From Nitrospiria bacterium (GTDB taxonomy: Bacteria; Nitrospirota; Nitrospiria; JACQBW01), in contig JBGPKT010000002.1 in NCBI GenBank assembly GCA_041486115.1, positions 1-55,043 on the forward strand: a DNA stretch of 55,043 bases. Reading direction: 5' to 3'. Shown one piece after another: positions 17,645 through 26,149 of this stretch. The translations under genes and the position numbers were made by a program. The notes beneath the pieces are model-generated. The model did no database searches. It saw only the letters and a program-made list of their open reading frames with translations, and was not told the DNA's origin. Positions within the stretch are counted from its first letter, which is position 1, and each line of letters begins with the position of its first letter.

Positions 17645-17786
17645 CGTCGTGAAGCAACCCCTTTAGGGGTGCGGAATACGGATTTCGGGGGCCTCAGAGC
17701 TAGCTTTGGAAGCGTTTTCACAGCGGACATAAGATTCGTCTTTTGAAATCTTTTTGCTGTTGCGAAGGCCCCTGAATAGGATAATC

Positions 17787-18773
17787 ATGGAAATCAATAA
17801 ATCTTTCAAAATCGGGATTGTCCTGGGGGGCGGCGGAACCCGGGGATTCGCCCACCTGGGGGTCTTAAAAGTCTTTGAAGAAGAAAATATCCCTGTTGAC
17901 ATTATCTCGGGAACCAGCTTCGGGTCTCTTGTCGGCGGCCTTTACGCCATCGAACCCAATGCGGCTCTGATTAAAGATAGAATCCTCAAATTTCTAAAAA
18001 CCCCGCTGTTTAAACGCGCCCGGCTCGAATTTTTAAAAGAAAGCTTTACCGAAGTCAAAAACACGACTTTGATCAGTCAAATAAAGTCCTATATCAAAAG
18101 AGGGATGTTTTATGGCATTTCTTTAAACCGGGGTTATTTTATCAGCGGTGAAGAACTTCAGAAAACGTTAAGCGGATTAATTGCGGAAATGATGATTGAA
18201 AATACGCAGATCCCCTTTGTCTGCGTGGCGGCCGATATTCTTTCGGGGGCCGAAGTCATTCTCTCGAAAGGTCCGATGAGAGAGGCCGTCGCGGCCAGCT
18301 GTGCCATTCCGGGTGTTTTTCCCCCTGTTAAGATCGGGAAGATGCAGTTGATTGACGGCGGATGGGTTAACCGCGTGCCGATAGAGCCTGCCTACAGGCA
18401 TGGAGCCACTTTTACGATTGCGATAGAGGCGTCAAATGATCTTGAACCCTCCGAACTTAAGCGGGGCATTGAGATTGTTTTACGGGCGAGCGACATGACC
18501 CGGAATGTTTTAAGCGAAATTCAGTTAAGCCGTGCAGATGTGGTCATCCGCCCCAATGTCGGGCATATTCATTGGGCCGAGTTTCACCGGGGCCTGGAAT
18601 GCTACCATGCGGGAGAAGAGGCGGCGCGGGCGATGGTCGAAACCATCAAACGGGAAATTCGGAATAAACGGTTAAAGCAATTTTGGCTGGGAAAACCAAA
18701 GCAGGCGACCCTTCCGAAAACGGAAAACCTCCCGGATATGCCATTCACAGAATTAAACGAAAGCCCTTCATGA
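17787..18773 (+). CDS. Patatin-like phospholipase family protein
   Basis: Oxyanion and nucleophile motifs GIVLGGGGTRGFAHLGVL and ISGTSFGSLVGG (GxSxG), plus the catalytic Asp context LIDGGWVN. Confidence 0.88.
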   Translation: MEINKSFKIGIVLGGGGTRGFAHLGVLKVFEEENIPVDIISGTSFGSLVGGLYAIEPNAALIKDRILKFLKTPLFKRARLEFLKESFTEVKNTTLISQIKSYIKRGMFYGISLNRGYFISGEELQKTLSGLIAEMMIENTQIPFVCVAADILSGAEVILSKGPMREAVAASCAIPGVFPPVKIGKMQLIDGGWVNRVPIEPAYRHGATFTIAIEASNDLEPSELKRGIEIVLRASDMTRNVLSEIQLSRADVVIRPNVGHIHWAEFHRGLECYHAGEEAARAMVETIKREIRNKRLKQFWLGKPKQATLPKTENLPDMPFTELNESPS

Positions 18774-18940
18774 TGGCGTGGGAGTATCGCGTTGAAGAGC
18801 TCAGCGCCGAGCAAATAACCAACCAGCTGAACTTTATCGGAAACGACGGTTGGGAGTTAATCCATCTCCGGTATCGAGACTTGAACGCCCCAACTTATCT
18901 CTGTTTTTTTAAGCGACAAAAGGATCAGGGTCTATTTTGA
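18770..18940 (+). CDS. Small DUF4177-like protein
   Basis: 56 aa MMAWEYRVEELSAEQITNQLNFIGNDGWELIHL. The ATG overlaps the patatin stop (ATGA), suggesting translational coupling. Confidence 0.5.
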   Translation: MMAWEYRVEELSAEQITNQLNFIGNDGWELIHLRYRDLNAPTYLCFFKRQKDQGLF

Positions 18941-19372
18941 AATGATTTTTTCGAGCCTGTTTTTTGCACGGTCGACCTGATTTTTGGCATTAGGGTCCAT
19001 TTTCGCAAGATCCGCTTGGGTTTCTAAAATCAACTGGTTCAGCGGTTTCAGCTCTTTTTTCAACTCTCCCTGCGAAAGGTTCTCGGCTTTTTCCAGCTTC
19101 ACTTTAGCTTCTCTCACTTCATTCACGGCACTCCCAAAATTTTTTTCTTCCAGGGCTGACGAAGCAAGACCCAGGTGGTCTTTGGAATCATTGAGCGCCA
19201 TCCAGAGGCGGATTCCCTTCAACGTATGTTCCAGATTAGAGGCTCTGGATGAGAGTTCAGAAGGAATCTCCGAAAATTGTCCGGGCAAAACAAAAGAACG
19301 GTGCTCTCCGAAATAGTAGCCCGTTGCAAAGGTGATCACCAAAAATAAAAGCCAGAAAAAAGTTCTAAACAT
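18932..19372 (-). CDS. Membrane-anchored coiled-coil protein (hypothetical)
   Basis: ATG 19372 follows a GAAGGAGGG SD. The N-terminal TM segment is MFRTFFWLLFLVITFATGYYF and the remainder is helical and charged. The ORF-track start at 19627 overlaps the upstream hydrolase gene and is unlikely. Confidence 0.55.
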   Translation of the reverse strand: MFRTFFWLLFLVITFATGYYFGEHRSFVLPGQFSEIPSELSSRASNLEHTLKGIRLWMALNDSKDHLGLASSALEEKNFGSAVNEVREAKVKLEKAENLSQGELKKELKPLNQLILETQADLAKMDPNAKNQVDRAKNRLEKIISK

Positions 19373-19439
19373 GACGAAGAACCCTCCTTCTTTTGGAAAG
19401 TGTATCCTAAACAGGTTTGATTTAAAAGCGAAATGAGGT

Positions 19440-20297
19440 TTAATGGACGGGTGTTCGTAGCGCTTGCTCAAGAAATTCCAGGAGTTTCCTCCGGTTTTCC
19501 TGATGAGCGTATGAGAAAGCGTCGATATGATGCCCCTCTTTGATGATCCAGAGGGTTTTAGGTATCCCGGCGGCCTTGAAAAGTGTTTCAGAGTGATGCG
19601 CCGGGATGACTTCGTCGGAATCTCCATGAACGATCAGAAGTGGAATGGGGGATATTTTTCCGACGGAGTCCATCGGACTGTACTTGTTGGTGATCAAAAA
19701 CGACAACGGCCAATGAAAAGGCCAGGTCAGCCAGAAAGAGCCAAGCTTTTCCCGTGCGATATCCCGGTACCGGCTAAAGGAGCTTTCCAGAATGACCGCC
19801 CCGATTCCTCCCCGTTCTTGCGAGGCAACCGTGTATGCTGCCACCGCGCCCCCAAGGCTCTGTCCATAAACCACGATGGGGTACGGAATAACGTCGGGCC
19901 TCTGCCGTAAATAATCAAGCGCGGCGGCGCCATCTTGCTGAACCCCTTCACGGCTAGGGACTCCTTCAGACTTTCCATATCCCCTGTAATCGAAGAGGAA
20001 GACGTTATACCCCTCATCCGGAAGCCAGTAGACTGCTCCATAATGATTGCCGATATTGGCTCCGTTACCATGATATAGGAGGATAGTCCCTTTCATTTTT
20101 CCTCGTCCAGGGATAAACCAGCCGTTGAGCTTTGTTCCGTCGAAACTTTTGAAGTTGATCTCTTCGTATGGGTAGTTTAACCGGGCAGGCGTGATTAAAA
20201 TGTCCGGCGTGGGCTGATAAAAAACGCCATTACATCCTCCCAGAACAAGGATGGACAGAAAAGAGCATCGGATGAAAATCTTTTTCATAAAAGACAT
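19440..20297 (-). CDS. Alpha/beta hydrolase lipoprotein (BEM46/S33-like serine hydrolase)
   Basis: Lipoprotein-like signal MSFMKKIFIRCSFLSILVLGGC, nucleophile elbow GQSLGG, and HGDSDEVIP near the C-terminus. Confidence 0.8.
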   Translation of the reverse strand: MSFMKKIFIRCSFLSILVLGGCNGVFYQPTPDILITPARLNYPYEEINFKSFDGTKLNGWFIPGRGKMKGTILLYHGNGANIGNHYGAVYWLPDEGYNVFLFDYRGYGKSEGVPSREGVQQDGAAALDYLRQRPDVIPYPIVVYGQSLGGAVAAYTVASQERGGIGAVILESSFSRYRDIAREKLGSFWLTWPFHWPLSFLITNKYSPMDSVGKISPIPLLIVHGDSDEVIPAHHSETLFKAAGIPKTLWIIKEGHHIDAFSYAHQENRRKLLEFLEQALRTPVH

Positions 20298-20314
20298 TAA
20301 GATGGACTCGGGAT

Positions 20315-22225
20315 TTAAAAATAATAATTCCAGTTCAATTTTACTTCTGTCCGGGCATGACTCAGGACTTCGTCCCATAACAGAGCGAGATTCAGGCTAT
20401 GGCTTTGGCTTAATCTGAAGGTCTGAATAGCCGAGGCTTTGGATTCCTGAAAGCTCTCTCTGAAGGGATAGAAAAGCTTTTCGACGGAAAGGTTCATCTT
20501 CCACGAATCGGTGATTTTTTTAATCGTCCCGGCTTTGATCCCTCCCCCGAGAATAGTGTAGTCCTTATAATCCCCATTGATTCCAAAATTTATTTCCGCC
20601 AGGCCATAATAAAGGCCAAGCCATCTATTTTCAAAAGAGACCCCTGCGCCGGGACTGATCTGGTAAACCAGTTTGTCATTTCCATCCGGACTCAATTGCT
20701 CTTTGAGTCCCGTCGTGAACATATAAGAAAAAGGACGAAAAAAAAGATCTCTTGGAGAAATTGACATAATATTGATCAGATCAATATGGTCCAGTTTTAT
20801 TCTCCCGTCAGAATAACTCCTGATGGCCGTTTCACCGAAGATAATTTGCAGCCCTTCCGCGAATCCATTGTCCGGATCAACCAGACTATGGTAAGCGCCC
20901 CTGTAGTCGATTTCAAAAAAAGACACTTTTTCTTTGACGCCCAGGCCGGAACTTAACCGGCCCGATTGATGCCCTGCTTCAGGGGGCTCGGGGGCCGGGA
21001 TCTTGTCCAGATTACTGCCGGGGTTCCCCATTTTGCTCCGTTCGTTCAGGGTGGAGAGAAAGACTCTCAGATAGTCCTCTTTCGTTAATTGATGGGTATT
21101 ATACTTGTATTGAATATCTTCAATCGCCAGATCGAGCGTCCTTATTTTCAGGCCACTGTTCAAAGAGGATAGTTGTCCGGGTTCTAAGGAATGGGTAGCT
21201 ATTCTCAGGGCATTGGTTTGCGCATGATCATCCAGCAGGGAGGCGAGATACCGGATTCTGGTTGCCTGAGAGGGGCGAAAATCAATTTTTTCTACGAGGT
21301 TGTTCTCTTCTACCATTCTGACGCTGTCGGTGGGAATGACCCATGGCCGTGGGAAATCGGTCAGATGAAGAGAAGGCCTGGCGGCTTCGAGGAGGAACAG
21401 CAGATTATATGAGCAGTTTTCATCAAAAAAATAATAATACGAATAGATGTCTTTGAGTTCCCAGAGATGGAGGAGGATTTTTCTGACTTCTGATTCTGAA
21501 AGGTTGAGCCGGTATTCCCACATATCCCGCTGTTCAGTGTCATTATACATTTTCACCCTGTCATAATAAGGAAAAAGGGTGAAATAACCTTTGTAAAAAC
21601 CAAAGGTCCCTTTGATCGGATAGAGAAGGCCCATCGAGTCGGGGAAGGCGGCATAATTGGCGGCAAAAGCGAGGAGTTTGCTCTGAGACCGGCTATCGAG
21701 CCTGAGGAGGGTATGTCCGAACATGGAAGCGGGGTTGTTCATAAAAAATGCGGGGAAAACCAGGACGGCCGACTGAGGCTGGACGGTTTTTTCCGCGGTA
21801 TTGAAATCATGGCATGCGATTCCTGAAAAGAAGGTGTCATCAAACGCCAATTTTTCTTTTAACCATTCATAACGTGCGATAAATTTACATCGGGGATGGG
21901 CATCATTTTTATTATCGCTCTTTAAAAGTGAGGTCAGCGTGGCTTCCAGTTCAGCGGCCGGGTTTTCTTTTCCATCGGGAGCAAGAAAGAACCTGGGGTC
22001 GTCGATCAGGCTTTTGTATCCCGATTGAACCGGTTTGTAATGCAAGAGAACATGCCAGTAACGGTCATCGGAAAGCCGCACTTCTCTGGCTTTTTTTAAC
22101 AGCTCGGCGAGCAGGAGAGGTTCTTCCGATTTTGCAGGAAAAGAGAAGAAGAAGAGTAAAATTAAAAAAGGGGATATGGATGACCTGATCCATCCATATC
22201 CCCTTTTCAGTAAAGCTACTTTCAA
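20315..22225 (-). CDS. DUF4105 (Lnb N-terminal-like) domain protein with C-terminal predicted OM beta-barrel
   Basis: Signal peptide present. Hallmark motifs are PASMFGHTLLRLD and FDENCSYNLLFLLEAARP. The C-terminal ~200 aa has alternating beta-strand character and ends ...KLNWNYYF (aromatic OMP-type terminus). TTG start lies 10 nt after the upstream stop. Confidence 0.7.
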   Translation of the reverse strand: MKVALLKRGYGWIRSSISPFLILLFFFSFPAKSEEPLLLAELLKKAREVRLSDDRYWHVLLHYKPVQSGYKSLIDDPRFFLAPDGKENPAAELEATLTSLLKSDNKNDAHPRCKFIARYEWLKEKLAFDDTFFSGIACHDFNTAEKTVQPQSAVLVFPAFFMNNPASMFGHTLLRLDSRSQSKLLAFAANYAAFPDSMGLLYPIKGTFGFYKGYFTLFPYYDRVKMYNDTEQRDMWEYRLNLSESEVRKILLHLWELKDIYSYYYFFDENCSYNLLFLLEAARPSLHLTDFPRPWVIPTDSVRMVEENNLVEKIDFRPSQATRIRYLASLLDDHAQTNALRIATHSLEPGQLSSLNSGLKIRTLDLAIEDIQYKYNTHQLTKEDYLRVFLSTLNERSKMGNPGSNLDKIPAPEPPEAGHQSGRLSSGLGVKEKVSFFEIDYRGAYHSLVDPDNGFAEGLQIIFGETAIRSYSDGRIKLDHIDLINIMSISPRDLFFRPFSYMFTTGLKEQLSPDGNDKLVYQISPGAGVSFENRWLGLYYGLAEINFGINGDYKDYTILGGGIKAGTIKKITDSWKMNLSVEKLFYPFRESFQESKASAIQTFRLSQSHSLNLALLWDEVLSHARTEVKLNWNYYF

Positions 22226-22237
22226 CAGGAGATTGAA

Positions 22238-22711
22238 CTACTCGTTGATTATTGTCATAATTCTATCAACGACATCGGCAGATTCGACCTTCTCCGATGA
22301 AAAAATAGTCGAAAAACGGGTCTGTAGTTTTGCATAGATAGCCGGTTTCAGATCGGCTGAAACCCCTGTGAGCTCCACTAACGTTTCAAGAGACTCCCCG
22401 CGGCCTGCGGCCACATCCTTTGCAAGATTATCGATATTGGCCCGGACAAAATCGTTTAACATGGGATTGCTGACGAATTTTTTAGGTGTTTTTTCACAAT
22501 TCAGCGTTCCGGATGTGATCCCAAAAGTTTGATTCCCGGCAATGCCATTGAGTGTTCCGACCAGAATCTGAACCATTCCCGGTTCATTTCCCAGTAGCAT
22601 CGATCCAAGACCGCATCCCGCGGTTCCATAGGTTTTTTCTACTGCCATGGCGGACTGCGCACCGATCATCGCAATTGAAATAAAAAGAGCTATAACCAGA
22701 AGTTTTTTCAT
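22238..22711 (-). CDS. DUF3015 family secreted protein (paralog 2)
   Basis: Signal peptide, then the conserved YGTAGCGLGSML ... FGITSGTLNCEK ... NIDNLAKDVAAGRGESLETL. Roughly half the residues are identical to the adjacent paralog. Confidence 0.65.
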   Translation of the reverse strand: MKKLLVIALFISIAMIGAQSAMAVEKTYGTAGCGLGSMLLGNEPGMVQILVGTLNGIAGNQTFGITSGTLNCEKTPKKFVSNPMLNDFVRANIDNLAKDVAAGRGESLETLVELTGVSADLKPAIYAKLQTRFSTIFSSEKVESADVVDRIMTIINE

Positions 22712-22777
22712 TACACCCTCCTTAAAAAAGGATTTCTAAAAACAGAACACGGTTTCATTAAAATATTCTGTTAAAGT

Positions 22778-23254
22778 TTAGTTCATTTCTGAAGAGACCG
22801 CATCAATTTTATTTAGGACTTCAGCAAAAGCAACCTGTTCATTCGGAAAAATGAGGGTGAAATTCGCCTGAAGTTTTTCGTAAAAAAGGGCCTTTCTTTC
22901 CACAGGGACAGACATCAATTCCGCGAGGGTTTCGAGCGATTCCCCTTTTCCCATTGAAATCTCCTTAGCCAGATTATCCAAGTTGGCCTGGACAAACTCA
23001 TTTAATTTTGTATTTGCCGAGAATTTAGTGTTTTTGTCGCAGTTGGATGTTCCTGAGGTGATTCCGAAAGTTTGACTATAAAAAGTTCCATTCGTTGTTG
23101 CGGCAAAGACCTGAATAGGTCCTGACTGTTTTCCAAATAACAAAGAACCCAGCCCGCAACCGGCCGCGCCATATTCTCCTTCCACGGCAAAGCTGGATCC
23201 CACGAACAATAAAGAGACGATTACTGCTGTTGTGATAGCAAATAGTTTCTTCAA
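22778..23254 (-). CDS. DUF3015 family secreted protein (paralog 1)
   Basis: Signal peptide, then YGAAGCGLGSLL ... FGITSGTSNCDK ... NLDNLAKEISMGKGESLETL. AAGGAGG SD upstream. Confidence 0.65.
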   Translation of the reverse strand: MKKLFAITTAVIVSLLFVGSSFAVEGEYGAAGCGLGSLLFGKQSGPIQVFAATTNGTFYSQTFGITSGTSNCDKNTKFSANTKLNEFVQANLDNLAKEISMGKGESLETLAELMSVPVERKALFYEKLQANFTLIFPNEQVAFAEVLNKIDAVSSEMN

Positions 23255-23320
23255 AACAGTCCTCCTTGGTGAATGGTTTTTATTATTGATTGGGTTAAGG
23301 TGAATTTTGAAATGAATCCA

Positions 23321-23336
23321 AGCAAGACGCTACCCT
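23321..23336 (-). promoter_or_regulatory. Weak sigma54-like element upstream of the DUF3015 genes
   Basis: The minus strand reads AGGGTAGCGTCTTGCT. GG-N10-GC spacing and a good TTGCT -12 box are present, but the -24 box is poor (AGGGTA vs TGGCAC). It lies about 65 nt upstream of ATG 23254. Confidence 0.3.
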
Positions 23337-23536
23337 AGCTTATTTTAAATGTCAATGATAAAAAAAAGGAGAGCAATTCCGACTGAGGTACAGTATAAAT
23401 TAAATTCGGTGTCTGTCAATATCTTTGAAGACACCTGTTTTCTTATGGGCTTTAAATTTCTTGCTTATTTTTTTATTTGGATTTATCTTAACAGGAAATC
23501 AATTGGGCTTGTTTCGACTTATTTAAGGGGTCTTTT

Positions 23537-24151
23537 ATGTTTAGCTTTTTGCCGAAAGAAGAAAAGTTTTTCGAGCTGTTTAATGAGTCTGCAAAAAATA
23601 TTCACCTGGGGGGAATCGCAATAAAAAAAGTGATGGAGCCCGGGGCTGATATTGAGAAGAGAGTGAGAGACGTCAAAGATATAGAACATCAGGGGGATAC
23701 GATCACCCATGACATTATTAAAAAACTGAATACGACATTTATTACCCCGATCGACCGGGAGGATATTTATGACCTCTCCGGCGCGCTGGACGATGTCCTT
23801 GACCTGACCGATGCCGCGGCCAATAAGATGGTCATCTTTAAGATTAAGGAAGCGACTCCCGAAGCCAGAAGCCTCGCCGATATTATCTGCCAGTGCACGG
23901 CGGAAGTAGTCCGGACGGTCTCCCTTCTGGGAAAGGGACCGATAGACTCCTCCCATTTTATTGAAATAAACCGGCTCGAAAATGAGGCCGACCGGGTTTT
24001 GAACGAGGCCCTGGCAAGATTGTTTGAAGAAGAAAAAGATCCGATCAAGATCATTAAATGGAAAGAGATATACGAAAACCTCGAAGAAGCGACCGACCGG
24101 TGTGAAGACGTTTCCAATATTCTGGAGACGATCTCGCTGAAAAATACTTGA
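23537..24151 (+). CDS. PhoU-like DUF47 family protein (putative phosphate transport regulator)
   Basis: 204 aa with MFSFLPKEEKFFELFNESAKN...HQGDTITHDIIKKLNTTFITPIDREDI...NEADRV. It is paired with a PiT transporter, as in the conserved two-gene module. Confidence 0.85.
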   Translation: MFSFLPKEEKFFELFNESAKNIHLGGIAIKKVMEPGADIEKRVRDVKDIEHQGDTITHDIIKKLNTTFITPIDREDIYDLSGALDDVLDLTDAAANKMVIFKIKEATPEARSLADIICQCTAEVVRTVSLLGKGPIDSSHFIEINRLENEADRVLNEALARLFEEEKDPIKIIKWKEIYENLEEATDRCEDVSNILETISLKNT

Positions 24152-25140
24152 TGGAACCTTTTTCCCTTCTTGTTGCCGTTGTAATTCTGGCGCTTATATT
24201 TGATTTTATCAATGGCTTCCATGATTCTTCAAATGCCATTGCCACCGTGATTTCGACGCGGGTCATGACCCCGAAAATGGGGATCGCCATGGCCGCTGTG
24301 ATGAATCTGATCGGCGCATTCGCGGGAACGGAGGTGGCCAAAACTGTCGGGACCGGATTGGTGGCCGCCCAGGCAGTGACCCAGGCTACGATTATCGCGG
24401 CGCTCATTGCCGCCATTATCTGGAATTTGATAACCTGGTATTCCGGGCTCCCCTCGAGTTCGAGCCATGCCCTTTTAGCCGGATTGGTCGGGGCCGGCAT
24501 CGCAACCGGGGGATATCAGGTCCTGATCTGGAGCGGTTTAAAAAAAATCCTGATCGCCCTGTTTCTCTCTCCTTTGATCGGGTTTCTTTTTGGGTGGCTG
24601 GTGATGGCCGCTCTCCTCTGGGCTTTTCAGCGGAGCACCCCGTCGAGAGTCACCGGCATTTCCCAGAAGCTGCAAATCGTCTCCGCCTCTTACATGGCGT
24701 TCAGTCATGGAAGCAACGATTCTCAAAAATCGATGGGGATTATCACCGCGGCCCTTGTCAGCTTTTATTCATTGAAGGAGTTTCATGTTCCGGCATGGGT
24801 GATCGTTTCATGCGCGCTTGCCATGGCCGCGGGAACGGCGGTTGGCGGGTGGCGGATTATCCGGACGCTGGGCCTTAAAATCACCGCGCTCAAACCGATT
24901 CATGGGTTTGCCGCGGAAATGTCTGCCGCATCGGTGATCGAAATGGCTTCCCATATCGGCGTGCCGATCAGCACGACCCATACGATCAGCGCCGCTATTA
25001 TGGGGGTGGGATCGACCCGAAGACTCTCCGCGGTCAAATGGGGAATAGGGATCAACATTGTTTCCGCATGGATTTTAACGCTTCCCGTGTCCGCGCTTAT
25101 GGCGTGGGTCATTTGCATTCTTCTTAAACAGATACTATAA
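24148..25140 (+). CDS. Inorganic phosphate transporter, PiT family
   Basis: 330 aa polytopic protein with duplicated PiT signatures FINGFHDSSNAIAT and FSHGSNDSQKSMG. The start overlaps the upstream stop (ATGA). Confidence 0.9.
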   Translation: MMEPFSLLVAVVILALIFDFINGFHDSSNAIATVISTRVMTPKMGIAMAAVMNLIGAFAGTEVAKTVGTGLVAAQAVTQATIIAALIAAIIWNLITWYSGLPSSSSHALLAGLVGAGIATGGYQVLIWSGLKKILIALFLSPLIGFLFGWLVMAALLWAFQRSTPSRVTGISQKLQIVSASYMAFSHGSNDSQKSMGIITAALVSFYSLKEFHVPAWVIVSCALAMAAGTAVGGWRIIRTLGLKITALKPIHGFAAEMSAASVIEMASHIGVPISTTHTISAAIMGVGSTRRLSAVKWGIGINIVSAWILTLPVSALMAWVICILLKQIL

Positions 25141-25232
25141 TACCGGAAGTTTATTCAATTATCTGAGAGTCCCGATACCGGACTTTCGACAATTCCTCAG
25201 CAGACCTGAGTTTTTCATGAAAGGAAAAATAG

Positions 25233-25562
25233 ATGAAATTTAGACCGTTGCATGATTGGGTGTTGATCCAGCAGGAGTCCGCTTCCGAAAAGACCAGAGG
25301 GGGCATTTATCTTCCGGAGAGCGCCCGGGAAAAAACAGAGAGAGGCGAAGTTATCTCCGTGGGAGAGGGAAGGCTTGAGGAGGACGAATATGATAAACGG
25401 GGGAAGTCGAAAGAGACCAAAAAAGAAAAAAAGTTCATTAAAACTGTTTTAAAACCGGGCCAGCGGATTTTTTTCGAAAAATATGGTTCCACCCAGGTCG
25501 AGATTGAGGGTAAAGAATATCTGCTGGTCAGAGAGAGGGACGTGCTGGGTTATACGGCATGA
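25233..25562 (+). CDS. GroES (Cpn10)-like protein with charged insertion
   Basis: MKFRPLHDWVLIQQESASEKTRGGIYLPESAREKTERGEVISVGEG and ...GQRIFFEKYGSTQVEIEGKEYLLVRERDVLG match the GroES fold. A Glu/Lys-rich insertion of about 20 aa (EEDEYDKRGKSKETKKEKKF) replaces the short roof hairpin. No groEL is adjacent. Confidence 0.7.
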   Translation: MKFRPLHDWVLIQQESASEKTRGGIYLPESAREKTERGEVISVGEGRLEEDEYDKRGKSKETKKEKKFIKTVLKPGQRIFFEKYGSTQVEIEGKEYLLVRERDVLGYTA

Positions 25563-26149
25563 GTCTTCTGCTCGACTCGTTTTTCTTTACCTTTATTCCC
25601 CTTTTTGTCGCCATTGATGTTCTGGGGGTTCTGCCTGTCTACTTTACCCTGACAGAAGGTTTTTCAAAAGAGAGCAAAAAAAAGATTATCACCCAATCGG
25701 TCATGACTGCGTTTCTGGTCACGGTCATTTTTATGGTGATCGGCCAGGGGGTGTTTAAAGTCCTTGGAATTCGGGTTGAGGATTTTATGATAGCGGGAGG
25801 AATACTCCTGTTGATCTTTGCTATTACGGAACTCCTCAGGCAGGGCGACAAGAAAATTCCGATAGGAGAAAGCATGGGGATTGTTCCGCTGGGGACCCCC
25901 ATTATCGCCGGGCCGGCCACCTTAACGACCGCCATGATTTTAGTCGGCTCTTATCCTATCGGGTTAGTGATTCTTTCGATATTTGTGAATCTGGTCATCG
26001 CCTGGATTATTTTTTATGAAGCCGGATGGATTATCAAGGTGTTGGGAATTAATGGATCAAGAGCCATTGCCAAGGTCGCAGGGCTCCTTTTAGCTGCTAT
26101 TGCTGTTAGTATGATGCGGAGGGGCATCATGGGTTTATTATCCTCCTAA
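25559..26149 (+). CDS. MarC family (UPF0056) integral membrane protein
   Basis: 196 aa, about 6 TM, with N-terminus FIPLFVAIDVLGVLPVYF typical of MarC-like proteins. The ATG overlaps the GroES-like stop (ATGA). Confidence 0.72.
   Translation: MSLLLDSFFFTFIPLFVAIDVLGVLPVYFTLTEGFSKESKKKIITQSVMTAFLVTVIFMVIGQGVFKVLGIRVEDFMIAGGILLLIFAITELLRQGDKKIPIGESMGIVPLGTPIIAGPATLTTAMILVGSYPIGLVILSIFVNLVIAWIIFYEAGWIIKVLGINGSRAIAKVAGLLLAAIAVSMMRRGIMGLLSS

Noticed and set aside
17645-17786. Possible structured leader or riboswitch upstream of the first patatin gene (GGGGCCT...AGGCCCC stem enclosing smaller hairpins).
   Set aside because: I cannot match it to any riboswitch or known ncRNA consensus. The stems are short, and the weak hairpin right after the preceding stop lacks a U-tract. 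Left as unexplained rather than called.
23349-23624. 91-aa ORF in the DUF3015 / PhoU-like intergenic region.
   Set aside because: The sequence is AT-rich and hydrophobic by composition, has no SD, and overlaps the well-supported PhoU-like start and the promoter region.
25217-25243. Eight-codon ORF MKGKIDEI overlapping the GroES-like start.
   Set aside because: It is out of frame with and overlaps the real start. The purine-rich stretch is more simply the GroES-like ribosome-binding region.
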